NCBI GenBank assembly: GCA_905178155.1
Contig: CAJINV010000013.1
Location: forward strand, 858,344-922,343
Source of the DNA: Amoebophrya sp. A120
Taxonomy: Eukaryota; Protista; Dinoflagellata
Direction of reading: 5' to 3'
Length of the DNA: 64,000 nucleotides
The notes below the pieces were generated by a model. It had not been told where the DNA came from. It saw only the letters and a program-made list of their open reading frames with translations, and searched no databases. The position numbers were made by a program, and so were the translations under genes. This document shows positions 49,960 through 61,247 of this stretch, piece after piece (positions within the stretch are counted from its first letter, which is position 1; every line of letters begins with the position of its first letter).

Positions 49960-52900
49960 ATGCCGCGTCCTAAAAAACGTAAAATTCAAAAGCGTGAGGA
50001 AATGCCGGAACGTGGCGGCTTCCCGGAAGCAGGCACAGATGAGGTCGGAGAAAATTACGACCACGAGGACACTCTCACACAGGAGAGACGCAACGCAATT
50101 GACAAGCTGCGAGGTAGGCAGAAAATGGCCGACCTGAAGCGCATCGATCCAGTCCGAGAAGGCAAGGATCAAGGCGTTGTTAGACGAGCTCGACCAGTTC
50201 TTGCTCGCAAACCAAACAAGCACCAGGGCGATGAGTTCGAGCAACTCAAGGTGGAGATATCTCCGCACATTTGCAAAATAAACCAGATGTTTATAGGAAC
50301 GGGCAAGGAGTTCGGGACGAGGAGACACAGCTCCTTCGCGATGCGCACCATCGCCGAGAGATGCGAATTCCTCAACGAGAACAAAAGAGAAATGAGATAC
50401 GGGAAGCAGGGATTCGCAAGCCTTGGGCTCCCCGAGGAAGGAGAAGTACCGCGGTACGGCGCATGGCCGACAGGTCGGAAACTCTCACAAGAAGAAGTTC
50501 AGAGATTGCAGGACTTCTCTTTCCACGATCCGGCGCGGCGCCAGGCTGTCGCTGCAGCGCAGCAGAAACAAAAAGCACCACCCGAAGGTGCGGACCTGGA
50601 CACTCATACCAGGTGCTACGCAGCGTACGCACAGCTGCTGACGGACGGAGTCGCTGAGTTAATCCCTGAAGACGAGGCCGAAGCGATGAAAGCCAAGGGC
50701 GACTATTTCGTGGACGTGTTCGGCTTGGGCCAGCGACCTGATGATGAGGGTCGGTTCCAGAAGGTGCGCCCGATTTCAGACGAATCGGTCCGCAGTGAGC
50801 AGCTCTCGCCGCCAACCGAACACATGGCACTACCAGGAATCCCAGCTATAATGCAGGGCGTAGTATATGCCATGAGTCCGGAATTAGAGGGGCGGTTCGC
50901 ACAGGACAAAAAAGACGCGTTGCGGTCAGTTGCTGAGGGACGTAAGAAAGCTGCTGCAGCTGGTCGGAAGAAAATGATGTGGCGGGACGTCACTACCTTG
51001 CCGCGCGGAAAGCAACGATATGCCGGCCAGTCCTTCACCCCATCCTTCACGAAAAATGACTTACAGATGGCGTATTTTCAATACGGAGTCCGCCATCCCC
51101 GGCGCAATATGTGCCGCATATACAACCCGCACACGGGTAAATTTGAACACGGGCGCCTTTTGTGTCTTAATTTCTATCGCCAAAAACAACCCCTCCCTCT
51201 TTGGATAACTGTTGGCGAACTCTTGTTGCAATTGCTCGCACAGAGCCGCCCCCGGCGCCAGGCTCTCTATTTTCGCGCTAATTTTCCTACAGTCGGCGCT
51301 CTTGCGGGGGCGCTAATTTCTTGTCTAAGTTTTTGTCTAATTTCTTGTCTAATTTCCTGTCTAAGTTTTTGCCTAATTTCTTGTCTATTTTCCTGTCTAT
51401 TTTTTTGCCTATTTTCCTGTCTATATTCGCGGTCTTTGCCGCCTCTAATTTCTGTCTAAGCAGCGGCCTTGGCCGCTTCGGCTGCTGTCTATTTTTTGTC
51501 TAATTTGCCCAGTTGGGCAATTTGCGTGCGATTTTGCCTATGTCGGCCGTTGCTCTGAAATTTAGGCGCAAACTTAGAAAATTTCGGGACGTGGTCAAGA
51601 ACGGATGAAAGGGAAGGCGGCGCAATTGCTTCGACACTGCGCCTTTCAGGCGGGTCAACGGCGATGGGCACAAGCGTCTGCGTTCTGCAAGTCGCCCGCG
51701 CCCCGCCTGTGTCCCCGGCAAGGGTTGCCCGCCTCGGCCTATTGCCCAGGGCGGGCTTGCTCGCCGAGGCTAGGGCTTGGGCGGTTCAAAAAATAGCGGG
51801 AATTTAGGCAGTCGCCCGCCGGGGCTGGCTCTCCGCGAAATTACATGACGTGCGCAAATTCGGCAAAACAAAACTCAGCGCAAACACCGCGAGGAAGGGT
51901 TGTTTTTTCTAGATGCATACTCGCGGCAATATCCACTCGGTGTTCGGATTCACCGGCGCGAGTAGCGAGCTATTAAATCGCTACATCAGCTGCGTATTGG
52001 AAATGCCGGCGTTCGTTTACATCGACGATATCATTACGATGTCGGGCAATGTGCTGGGCAAGGTCTATAGCGACGCGGTGCGGCGTTTGTGCGCGATGAT
52101 CGGAATCGCGGTAGCACCATCCAAGGTGGAATTCGCGAACCTCGCCGAAAGGTGCGAAGTCCTGGGCATCCGAGTCGAGGTCTTTCCGGTGAAAGTTTTG
52201 CTCTCTCTGTCACCGAAAAAGGTAAAGCAGGTTACCGAGGAGATAGATGCTGTTGCTAAAATCTTACAGTCGTCGCAGTGCCACACCTTGTTCAAGAGGC
52301 TGCAAAAACTACAGGGCTCATTGATGTACGCGCTCTACCAACGACGCTACCGCCGCAGCATGCCGCGCATAAAGCAGCTGTATGCCCTCACCACGTCGCC
52401 TGCCAAGTTCCGCCACGCGATTCAGGCCGAGGGAACTCGCGCGACCCTGGTGGTCATGCTCGCGCAGGCAAGCAAAATAATCGCAGCTAACGAACCAACC
52501 GAGATCGCACAGGATGTTGCGGCACAAGAACGGGCGCACCTCATGGCCGATGCGTCAGCCGATCATGGTGAAGTAGCTTACGGCGGGGCTCTGTTCCAGA
52601 ACAACCAGTCGTCCGTCGGTTTCTCGCTGTTCAAACAAACGGGAAAAGGAATTGCCGGAATTCCTGAAGCGCTCGCGCATCTTGACGCGCGAGATGGTGG
52701 CGATCGCAATCGCAATAAAACTTTTTGCAGAACAGTTGGAGAACAAGAATTGCGCTAGTCACGTAGATAATAGCGCGGCGACGTACGGGATAGTGAAGGG
52801 AGACCTTCGCAGCCACAAACCCGCCGCTGCCGCGGCGTATTTGTGTGAAGTTTTCTACGCTTCAAAAAGTTGGCTTTATCATGGGTATATTAGCACACAT

Positions 52901-53065
52901 CTTAACGCTTCAGATGCGTGCACAAGACGCGACATGCTGAGTGATCTGTTAGAGTTTTACAATACATCGCTCCCCTTTTCTAACCACCAGGTAGAGTCTG
53001 CGTTCATTCAAGTAGTTCAGGAAATCAAAGACGTGTGCGATAAGTTTGACAAGCTGCATTTGTAA
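49960..53065 (+). CDS. Reverse transcriptase-RNase H of DIRS type, interrupted by a 750-nt insertion and one frameshift
   Basis: QLLTDGVAE, KVRPISD, KNDLQMAYFQ, CLNF|GNIHSVFGF, VYIDDII, VLGI. RNase H: LMADAS, then in the +1 frame REMVAI, HVDNSAA, NASDACTR. Frame change near 52640-52650. Confidence 0.9.
51175..51924. mobile_element. GC-rich TIR insertion in the RT domain
   Basis: Left end TATCGCCAAAAACAACCCCTCCCTC vs rc ATCTAGAAAAAACAACCCTTCCTC near the right end. 12-bp array CTAATTTCTTGT x~10 at 51313-51425. Removal restores the RT motif CLNFG. Confidence 0.85.
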
Positions 53066-53580
53066 AGTCTCTTTGGCACTGGGCAGACAATAGGGAAACT
53101 TGGCGTCCTTTTACATTTTTGCACATGACAAACCTGAAGCACAAAACTCGACTCTAATCATTCGGTATCATAGAAAAATGGGAGAAAGTCTCGGCCTGTT
53201 CAGTTGATAACACAACATGACCACGCGACAATCGGTATCGTCTTGCGATTTATCGCACGCACCCCGTTCGATCGAGAGTAACGTCGTTGGACTAATTGAG
53301 AGCGCCCTGTAGTTCTCGACGAGTCGGTTAGGCGATCAGTAGCCTGACCTAAAGAATCATAAAAAATGAAAACAACACTAGTAAGCTGCATCCACAGAGC
53401 AGCGTCTTAATAAATGTAGTGCCCGCGTTCAAACCATTCCCCGTTTTTAGATCTGGATAACAGCACATTGTCTTCTCTGGAGCCACGCGCATGCTTTTGC
53501 AACAATCTCATTTGTGTTAAGTATCGTGCCAGTAAATCTTTGCCCTTGTTCGTAAAGCCTCATTGTCCTTATTGCCGAAC

Positions 53581-54954
53581 ATGGTGCCTGCAGAAACCAC
53601 ATTTGCTAACACAAACGGGCCCCATGCCGTTGGGCCCCTTCTATCTGAATCCGACAGGAAGAAAGCCCGCATCAGGGAGCGGCCCCCTCGTGATTTAGTG
53701 GGCCTTAGCCGCGGCACCCAAAATAATTATTATAATGGGACGCGTGAGTGCTTGGATCGATGGGCAACAGCGGTGCGGAACAAGCGCACGCCCCCCATTG
53801 TGTCCCGCTACTACTCCAACTTGTGGAAGCTGCCAGACGAGTTGGTGTTACGGTTGTGGCCCGAGGAGGAAGTTTTTGCGCTGAAAGATCACGGCCTCAG
53901 TCACCGTAATTCAAAGTGGCGCGTCTGGATGTATTACTGCATGACCCAGGAGCCCAGTTTTTTCATGAAGCTGGACAGCCTCCCGACTACGCGGGAGGGG
54001 ATGGCGTTGCTACGACGCAAACATCCCAGCGCTCTGTGGTCGGATTTACAAAAATTCGGCCAGTTTTTGGTAGACCACGAATATGGCGATCCGTTGGTCT
54101 ACCTATCTTTGGTCGCCCAGCGTTTGCGTTCTCTCAACGGCTTAGAAAAGACTAACGGATGGAGGGGATCGCTGCAGACATTTACCTTCGAAAATGTGCG
54201 ACGCATGCTGGAGCCAGTCATGCGAACAAAAGCCCTTCCCCCCGATTTCGCAAAGGTGTCGACTCTCCCGCCTCGCGACCTGCGCATCTTTTTGCAGTGG
54301 TGGGTAACTGGCCTGCGGCCAAGGTCGTCTACGTCGATCAGAGTGGAGTACGCTCGTCCCGACACGACCTTCACCGATTTCATGGAAATCCCCATCCCCA
54401 GCATGAAGTGCTTGCCTACGCCTGGCGAACAATTCGCAGCACGCGTTCCGATGGACATCTGGGACCCGTTAGTGTTCCCTGTCATGATCAAGGACCTGTT
54501 GCGCATTACAAAAGCGCTTGGAGCCACATTGTACGGCCCTCGCCGTGGGCTTGCGATTGCGTTGCGGCTGCGCGCCATCCAAAGTGGGTGCCTTCCGGGC
54601 GGTTCCCCTAAGGAACGCAGAAAATGCGACATCTGCAAGGCTCGTGTTAACAAGTGGCTCGGCTGGGCCCACCGTTCCATGTTGTGGGAAAAGGAGTACA
54701 CGGCCGATCTGATCCACTACGTTGATAAATCTTTTCTGTTACATCCGGCAGTGGAAAAGTTTTTTGTTGTCACCGATGCTGATCCCGAAATGCCAACTGA
54801 CGTCCCCTCCGACGAAGAGGAGATCGACCCGGATGACAACGCGAACTTCTCTGCGCTGGAGAGTGCGACCGGGTGCACTAGGCCGAGCCCGGCAGGATTG
54901 TTCGGATCTATAACTCGAGGGCAGATAGATGATTCCAGTCACAAGAAGGTGTGA
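53581..54954 (+). CDS. Tyrosine recombinase (YR) of the retrotransposon
   Basis: Catalytic pattern TGLRPRS (R), IPSMKC (K), YGPRRG (H/Y-x-x-R), WLGW (H/W), EKEY (Y). Lies downstream of RT-RNase H as in DIRS-order elements. Confidence 0.85.
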   Translation: MVPAETTFANTNGPHAVGPLLSESDRKKARIRERPPRDLVGLSRGTQNNYYNGTRECLDRWATAVRNKRTPPIVSRYYSNLWKLPDELVLRLWPEEEVFALKDHGLSHRNSKWRVWMYYCMTQEPSFFMKLDSLPTTREGMALLRRKHPSALWSDLQKFGQFLVDHEYGDPLVYLSLVAQRLRSLNGLEKTNGWRGSLQTFTFENVRRMLEPVMRTKALPPDFAKVSTLPPRDLRIFLQWWVTGLRPRSSTSIRVEYARPDTTFTDFMEIPIPSMKCLPTPGEQFAARVPMDIWDPLVFPVMIKDLLRITKALGATLYGPRRGLAIALRLRAIQSGCLPGGSPKERRKCDICKARVNKWLGWAHRSMLWEKEYTADLIHYVDKSFLLHPAVEKFFVVTDADPEMPTDVPSDEEEIDPDDNANFSALESATGCTRPSPAGLFGSITRGQIDDSSHKKV

Positions 54955-55356
54955 AGCCGACTAATCTATAACAGTTGGCGGAAAGGAGCGCTCTTGAGCG
55001 AGAGAATTCGCGAGTGAGAAGCAGCGAGCCTCCGAGGCTACTCGCAGGACGTACGTCTGACCCGAAGGACCCCGGTCTTCGCGGAAAAACTACACCTGCG
55101 AGGAATTACGAGACCGCGTCGTAGAGTACCTTCGCCCCTGGGAGTGAAGGGCGACTCCGAGCCGACGCGGGCTGCCTCTCGTGCTAATAGATTAGCTCTC
55201 GCGCAGCATAGCACGGACTATCAGTCGAACTCATGCAAAGTTCTGACTCCTCCCCACACGTGTGAGAGTTGCAGCGAAGTTCAAGTCTATTTTTCTGATG
55301 CAAGATAAGCCCCTTGCTCGATTGAATACTGTGCTGCATACCGGATTGGGCTGGCA

Positions 55357-56187
55357 TTGTTGCGGTTTGACGTGGACGGAAACGGCATGCTAAACGCCAC
55401 GGAATACAGCCAGTTCATTTTGCAGCAGTGGTCCCATCGTGACAGGCATCGGAGAAGGACGGGTAACGGATACAGAACCGAAACCAATTACACATCGTCT
55501 GAATATAAATCGAACACCAAACAGGACGACGACGAGGGCAGCGGTAGTAACTCTGACGCTGAGTTGTGTTTCTCGAATATTGACAAAGGCACAAACCAGG
55601 ACGGACAGATTTCTCCCCTCGAAATCTTGGCAGTGGGGTGCGCACAGCACTGCAGGAAGCGACAGTGCGCGACGAGCAACCCCGAAAATCGAACCCGCAT
55701 TTTCCCACCAAATAATAAACCAACTGCTCAATCAAGCTCTCACGACTCCCCCCCCTCCTACCTGGAAGTCAGTAGCAGTGAAAGTGGTAGCAGTACTAGT
55801 AGTGATCACAGCGGCAGTACTTCGTCGCAGAGCAGCGTCTCGAAATGGTTCTCGGGGTTATTTACGTCGGCTTCGCCTTTCCAAAATAGCTGTGGAGTGC
55901 CTGCCCCCGTTGCATTTGCGTGTTGCAGGGAGCCACCGATCGGTGACGCATACGAGGAGAGAGTGTTTGAGTTTCCTAAAGACCACTACGACATGTATCC
56001 ACCAGGAGATGGAGTCCATGGAACAGAATCAGAATACCGAGACCAGTACAGCCCCCGTGGAACAGAATTTCGAGACCAGGAGATGGAGTCAATTGCACTA
56101 AACAACGTGCGGAGCGGGAGGGACCAGAGACGCGTCCGCACCAATTTATTTGGACATGCTGGCGGAGAAGTTGTCCCCTGCTGGTAA
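55357..56187 (+). CDS. EF-hand-containing protein, 5' end missing or unresolved
   Basis: Canonical loop DVDGNGMLNATE and a degenerate second loop NQDGQISPLE. No ATG before the first loop. Abuts the proposed right end of the YR element. Confidence 0.6.
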   Translation: MLRFDVDGNGMLNATEYSQFILQQWSHRDRHRRRTGNGYRTETNYTSSEYKSNTKQDDDEGSGSNSDAELCFSNIDKGTNQDGQISPLEILAVGCAQHCRKRQCATSNPENRTRIFPPNNKPTAQSSSHDSPPSYLEVSSSESGSSTSSDHSGSTSSQSSVSKWFSGLFTSASPFQNSCGVPAPVAFACCREPPIGDAYEERVFEFPKDHYDMYPPGDGVHGTESEYRDQYSPRGTEFRDQEMESIALNNVRSGRDQRRVRTNLFGHAGGEVVPCW

Positions 56188-56576
56188 TACTGATACAATC
56201 CTTCACTGTCAGGAACAGGAACTGCCGGCATCCGAAAAGCCAAAATGAAAATGCATCGTGCTTTCTCAATATAAAGACATTGTTTTTTGTTTACAGCATG
56301 AACTTCGAAAAAAAAAACCGCTGAGTCGCGCTGCCTACGCGCACACGAGTGCAAGGCGGTAGTGTTTGCGTGCCGTTGTAGTTCTTGCAGGCCCCACAAT
56401 TAGACTCGAGAACCCTGTTGCACATTTTTGGCTATAGCTAGGGCACAGGAGTACTACTAAGCGACCACGACGAGTGCTCTAGTATGTGTTCCGCCCCCGC
56501 CCCCGCGTCATCATCGATGAAAACGAATCGGGGCCCTGCTGTTTGGTTCTTTTGACCTATATTCCAGCCCCTCAAG

Positions 56577-56618
56577 AAGAACACGTAGAACCCGCGAGAG
56601 CGGGTTCTACGTGTTCTT
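56577..56618. repeat. Perfect 19-bp hairpin with GAGA loop
   Basis: AAGAACACGTAGAACCCGC-GAGA-GCGGGTTCTACGTGTTCTT. Confidence 0.95.
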
Positions 56619-57403
56619 GCGGTAGCTGTTTAACCACATGATCGTCGTCTGTGTCTCTTCTAGTATTCCATTGCAGTAGTTTGGCGAACAAGGACAAGCC
56701 AAAGGAGCCGTTCAACATCAACTTCAAGTTTTAGTTTTGAAATGAAGAGCCATATTGTTGACTAGAGCTTTATGCACACAGCATGCAATGCGTGTTCAAG
56801 CTCCCCTGCGTGGTTCCATCGATCTTGATCTTCAGCACAGTAACGATCCTAACCGTTTAGCTTAGTCGTCTCGTCGTCTTTGTGGTCTGGTTGACCAAAC
56901 CAAACGAATCAATCCATCTTGAGACACCACCTGTATACAGATGTGAATCAGTACTCCGTTCTGAATCATTCCAAACAGAAAGATGCGAACTCGACCGCTA
57001 TTCGTATGCTGTGAATGTGTTCAGAATTCCTAACATTCTGATTCACATCTTGAGCCAAAATATATAAACGATAAATCAGCACGAGCCCTTGTCTTGATAG
57101 ATCCCTAGTACATTTAGATCTCCAGCTTCAGGCGGATCCTCGACCGAAACGTGCTGGCGTTCCACGGAAATATTCAACCGGTGCGTGGCAGCGTTTCATC
57201 CCACTACAGCGACCATCTACTTCCTTCGAAGTTTATCTTGATAAATAGTACGTACTAGCACTCCACTTGTTACAACAGCTCCTGGCGTACTACACATTTT
57301 TAGTATTTCGTTGGCCACCTCGGCGTAGCTTTATTCTGAAGATGGTTTCGTAGAATAGCAGCTTAGAAGATTTAGTAGAAAAAGCCTCATCTTCAAACTA
57401 GAG

Positions 57404-58285
57404 ATGGCCGCAACCGCCCTTAGTACAGGCGCCGGAGCTCCGGCAGCTACAGCATCTTCCACGACCGATAAGGAAATCCACTACATCCCTTACCGCGGCG
57501 AAGACGACCTGTCTGAGTTGATTGCGCTGATCGAGAAAGACCTTTCGGAGCCCTACAGTGTGTTCACCTACCGCTTTTTTGTCAACAACTGGCCCGAGTT
57601 GTGCTTTCTCGCGGTGGTTTTGAACGAGGAGAACGAGAAGACCACCGACGGCGAAATCGATACAAACACGACGAATCCGGACCCTAGTAGTAGTACTGCA
57701 ACTACTCCGAAAGTAAATGCGACGACATCTACTTCACTCGAAGAAAAGCTGCAGTCCCGGCAACACACGCAAATCGTCGGCGGCATCGTGTGCAAGCTGG
57801 AGGAACACAAGTCGCACTGGTTCCCGAGTTTGCGTGGGTATATTGGAATGATCGCGGTGGATACGAACTTTCGGAGAAAGGGCATCGCAAAGACGTTGGT
57901 CCAGCTCTCGTTGAACAAAATGGAGGAAAGGGGCGCCCACGAGTGCATTCTGGAGACGGAGCTGACAAATTTGGGCGCGAGAAAACTGTACCAGGACTGC
58001 GGGTTTGTGAAGCACAAGCGGCTGCCAGCGTACTACCTGAATGGCGTGGACGCGTTTCGGCTGAAGTACGCCTTTCCGCCGCCCGAAATCCGCTCGCAGG
58101 TGCAGGAGTTGCTGAAGGCGGAAAGGGGACCTGGGTACGTCGTAGCGGATGATTCTACCACAACTACCGGGGCTGGTGGCGACGAAGATACGGAGAACCA
58201 GAACCAGATTGAGACGTATAACAACGCGGTAGAGGGAGGTGGAGCCAAAAATACCCGCACTGGGAATAATAGAAGGAGAAGATAA
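57404..58285 (+). CDS. NAA30: N-alpha-acetyltransferase 30 (NatC catalytic subunit, Mak3)
   Basis: Family motifs DLSEPYSVFTYRFF, IVCKLE.H, RGYIGMIAV...RRKGIA, LETELTN..A.KLY...GF...KRL..YYLNGVDAFRLK. Intronless, 293 aa. Confidence 0.96.
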   Translation: MAATALSTGAGAPAATASSTTDKEIHYIPYRGEDDLSELIALIEKDLSEPYSVFTYRFFVNNWPELCFLAVVLNEENEKTTDGEIDTNTTNPDPSSSTATTPKVNATTSTSLEEKLQSRQHTQIVGGIVCKLEEHKSHWFPSLRGYIGMIAVDTNFRRKGIAKTLVQLSLNKMEERGAHECILETELTNLGARKLYQDCGFVKHKRLPAYYLNGVDAFRLKYAFPPPEIRSQVQELLKAERGPGYVVADDSTTTTGAGGDEDTENQNQIETYNNAVEGGGAKNTRTGNNRRRR

Positions 58286-58992
58286 CAAGAAGAGCCACAA
58301 TATCAATAAAGGCAGGATGCTGTGGGACGAGAACGAGAAAATATTTCTTGGTTTCCGTGGTGGAGCTGCTCACTTGACTGGTATCAAGCGTATCTGCACA
58401 CGACAAGCGACAATTGCGACTTTAACTTTGTCATATTGGGCTGCCAAATGTCTTATTTGATGAGCGACGGCGACCGAAAGGTTAATGTGCGCAAATAATG
58501 GAAGTAGATTTAGACCCGAGACTTCGTTCTAGAAGATAGTCAAATCGTTGAACGACCACTGCCGCGCCACTCTGTCCCTATTCGTTTCGTCGCGAGCAGC
58601 TTTTATGAAAAATTGGGTCGTCTACTTCTTCCTCTTCGTGATGTGTTCTCCTACTTGCTTACTTTTGAGCCACCAGATCGTGTGACGAGAGAGCTCTTCT
58701 TGCAACGAAACAGTACGCAAAGGGCACGTGGTGCTTTGAATTTCCTGCCTGCGATTCGTCGTCGTCATTCTTCGTATTCTGCTCCAAGATGACCGCGAAA
58801 AGCCGAAATGCGTCGTACCTCCTACTTCGAAAAAGAACTAATAGCCATGCTCTTTCTGAACGTAAACCGTGAAATATTTTCGCGTTGAAATCCTTGTAGA
58901 TGCTCCTACTGCTAATGCAGTTGCGCCACGTAGCTCTTTTGGCTTTTTTCTTTTGACAAAGACCCATCCTCGAGCTGAGCTCGACTACGAAA

Positions 58993-59945
58993 ATGACACC
59001 TGAGGATCTATTGCAACGCGTCGGGGCGACAAGTGGTTCGCATCTTGCTCCAACAGCACACGATGCTGCTCCTGCCGTCGCCCACGATACCTTCGCGACC
59101 GCGCACCATGCTTCCTGTAAGACGGCGTTTTGTGGTGCCTTGCCGGTCGGAATGGGCGTTGCGGGTGCAATCATGATCAAGGACGCGCTCACGGGGCACG
59201 ATCACGCTGCTGACGCGGCTGCGAACAATCCGCCACCGTTGAGTATTGATGGTCGAGTTTTTTCAGACAAGTTTCAGTTTGTATACCGTAGTTTTTGAGT
59301 GTGTCCTCGTGACACACAATTCTTGGCGATGATGCGTCGGTTGGAATTGGAAATTAACAATCTATTCCAACATAGTACAAAAATGAAAAATCCTTTACAG
59401 GTCTGGACCTCCCGTGCGCAAAGGTAAAGTGCGGTGACTTCGCGAAGCAGACCGACTCGTGGCAGAAGGCGTTCCAGGCCAAGTGCGAGGCCGAGTTTGA
59501 CTTCAAACAAGAGTGCAAAGCCCAGCTGGAGCTGCAACCAAAGAACATCAAACCAAGCGAGGCCTTCTGTTCGGACGAGTACTCGGCGACCGGATTGGCG
59601 GTGGTGATGAAGAACACTGGAGATAGGATGAGTAAGAAGGAGGACGGTGAACAGAACAAAAATTCTGCGTCCGAGTTATCGGAACAGGTTGAAGAGTCAG
59701 AGGAGAGAAACCAAAACGAAAACACGAACAAGCAGAAGCTCGGTTTGGGCCAGCAGGCAATTGAGGACTACGGTGCGTTTTTTGACCACGGCGGCCGTGC
59801 AGCAACAACTGCGAACTTGGAGGCGTCAACGGCCGCCAGATCATCAACATCTTGCAGTAGCACAAAATCGACAAAAGCGACTTCGTCGTTGAAGCGGGGA
59901 AGTAGAAACATGACTTGCTGCACGCCGTTCGATTTCTTCGCCTAA
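58993..59945 (+). CDS. Hypothetical protein, 2 exons, Cys-containing with one hydrophobic segment
   Basis: GT-AG intron 59252-59400 (phase 1) joins ORF 58993 to the frame of ORF 59595 (SID|GLDLPCAKVKC). Confidence 0.7.
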
Positions 59946-61247
59946 AAATTGCGGAATCTGATGATTTCTTTTTGGGCTTGTTGGAGTCGTGGAAGCCGCT
60001 ATGCTGTATGATTTCTTCTGTCGTGGAGTAGTTGTACTGGGTACTTGCCGTGCTGCTTCTTTGTTGTGCTTCGTGTAAGGTGCTGGCCCTCATGGTTCTG
60101 TCATTCCACCTGGCATATCTTTTTCTGCAGGTGCACCTGATGCCACGAGCTACGCCTTCGTAGAAGAACTGAAATGAAATTGTAGGATTTGCCTACTTCG
60201 TCCGTACGGTTACGTATACAACATGCAGATTTTTATGCTGCTGGTCTGAGTGCCCTAGTAGAAGATGACATGTACCAAACAGATGAAGGACAGAATGAAA
60301 ATCACAATATAGAATTAATGTATTCGCATTCTCTACCCATAATTGTGATATTTACGCATAGGATCTTTAGGAAGAATCTTTAGAAAGAATCAATACGAAT
60401 ATTAGAGTTAAATCAGACCGAATTTGATTCAATTGTTCCTGTAAAATCATACCTCTCGTCCAGAAGCAGTGTAACACTAAAAGCAGCAGCTGGCGCGTGT
60501 TGTTTCTCGGATTAACCGATGTCCGCAGACGAGCGCGCGGAGAATGACCATGATTGAGAAGGAGACGATACTTCGAGCAAGAAGATGTCTCTGTGGTCTC
60601 TCACTCTCTTACTTAGACTTAGTAAAGTTTTGACTTTCAACATATCTTCTACGTGTTATCAATGACAGTCACAGTCAGAGCAGCAGAAGCGCTATGGAAG
60701 GCGTGTTGCAGTCGGTCACTTATTTTTGTTCTTTCGATTGAGATGAGAACCACGCGACTATATTGAAGCCAGTTCGTTGCAGGTGAACATCGAAGTGAAT
60801 GGCATCCTCATGAAAGAGTGATTATCTCCGAGTGAGAGTTCTTCAAGCTCTTGTAGTTTTAACAGCAAGGGTCACTGACACTGCTACAACTGGAGCTACG
60901 AGCACGGTAATTGAAGAAGAATTTCGCCCAGTATCGGACAGAGGAACTGAACAAGAAGTAGAAGCACGAGGGTGATGTCCGTCAAGGTCTAATTTGCATA
61001 TGACAGGAAAAAAGTGAAACGCAAACCCACACGCTATCTTCGCTAACTAGATTTAACCGCACCCACACATCTTAGTCGGTTGTTAGGACCACTTGATTAG
61101 GCTTGTTGTTGTTTGTTCCCACTGGATTTCACTATCACACGACGAACACTATCCCGTCAAGGATCGCTATTTATTTTCCGAAAAAATCCTCCTGATCGGC
61201 TTCATCGGCACTGTCACACATCAAGAAAACATCAAACACTCGTGACA

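Larger units (their letters stand above)
20629..55292 (+). mobile_element. Large DIRS-order (tyrosine recombinase) retrotransposon with nested insertions; outer boundaries tentative
   Basis: ORF1, RT/RNase H and YR in that order between 26361 and 54954. Candidate imperfect inverted termini AAATAGACGCTGAACTAGCTG (20629) / rc AAATAGACTTGAACTTCGCTG (55292), with further colinear blocks GTATGGAGAG/GTGTGGGGAG and TTCGTCTAGAGTCCGTG/TTCGACTGATAGTCCGTG. The coding core is well supported, the ends less so. Confidence 0.7.

Noticed and set aside
51175-51459. C-terminal LISCLSFC repeats as a membrane tail of the RT ORF
   Set aside because: Read-through into the 12-bp array of the inserted element.
49924-54954. 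Bacterial retron, DGR or prophage integrase module
   Set aside because: RT-RNase H-YR order, DIRS-type motifs and the spliceosomal eukaryotic context indicate a YR retrotransposon.
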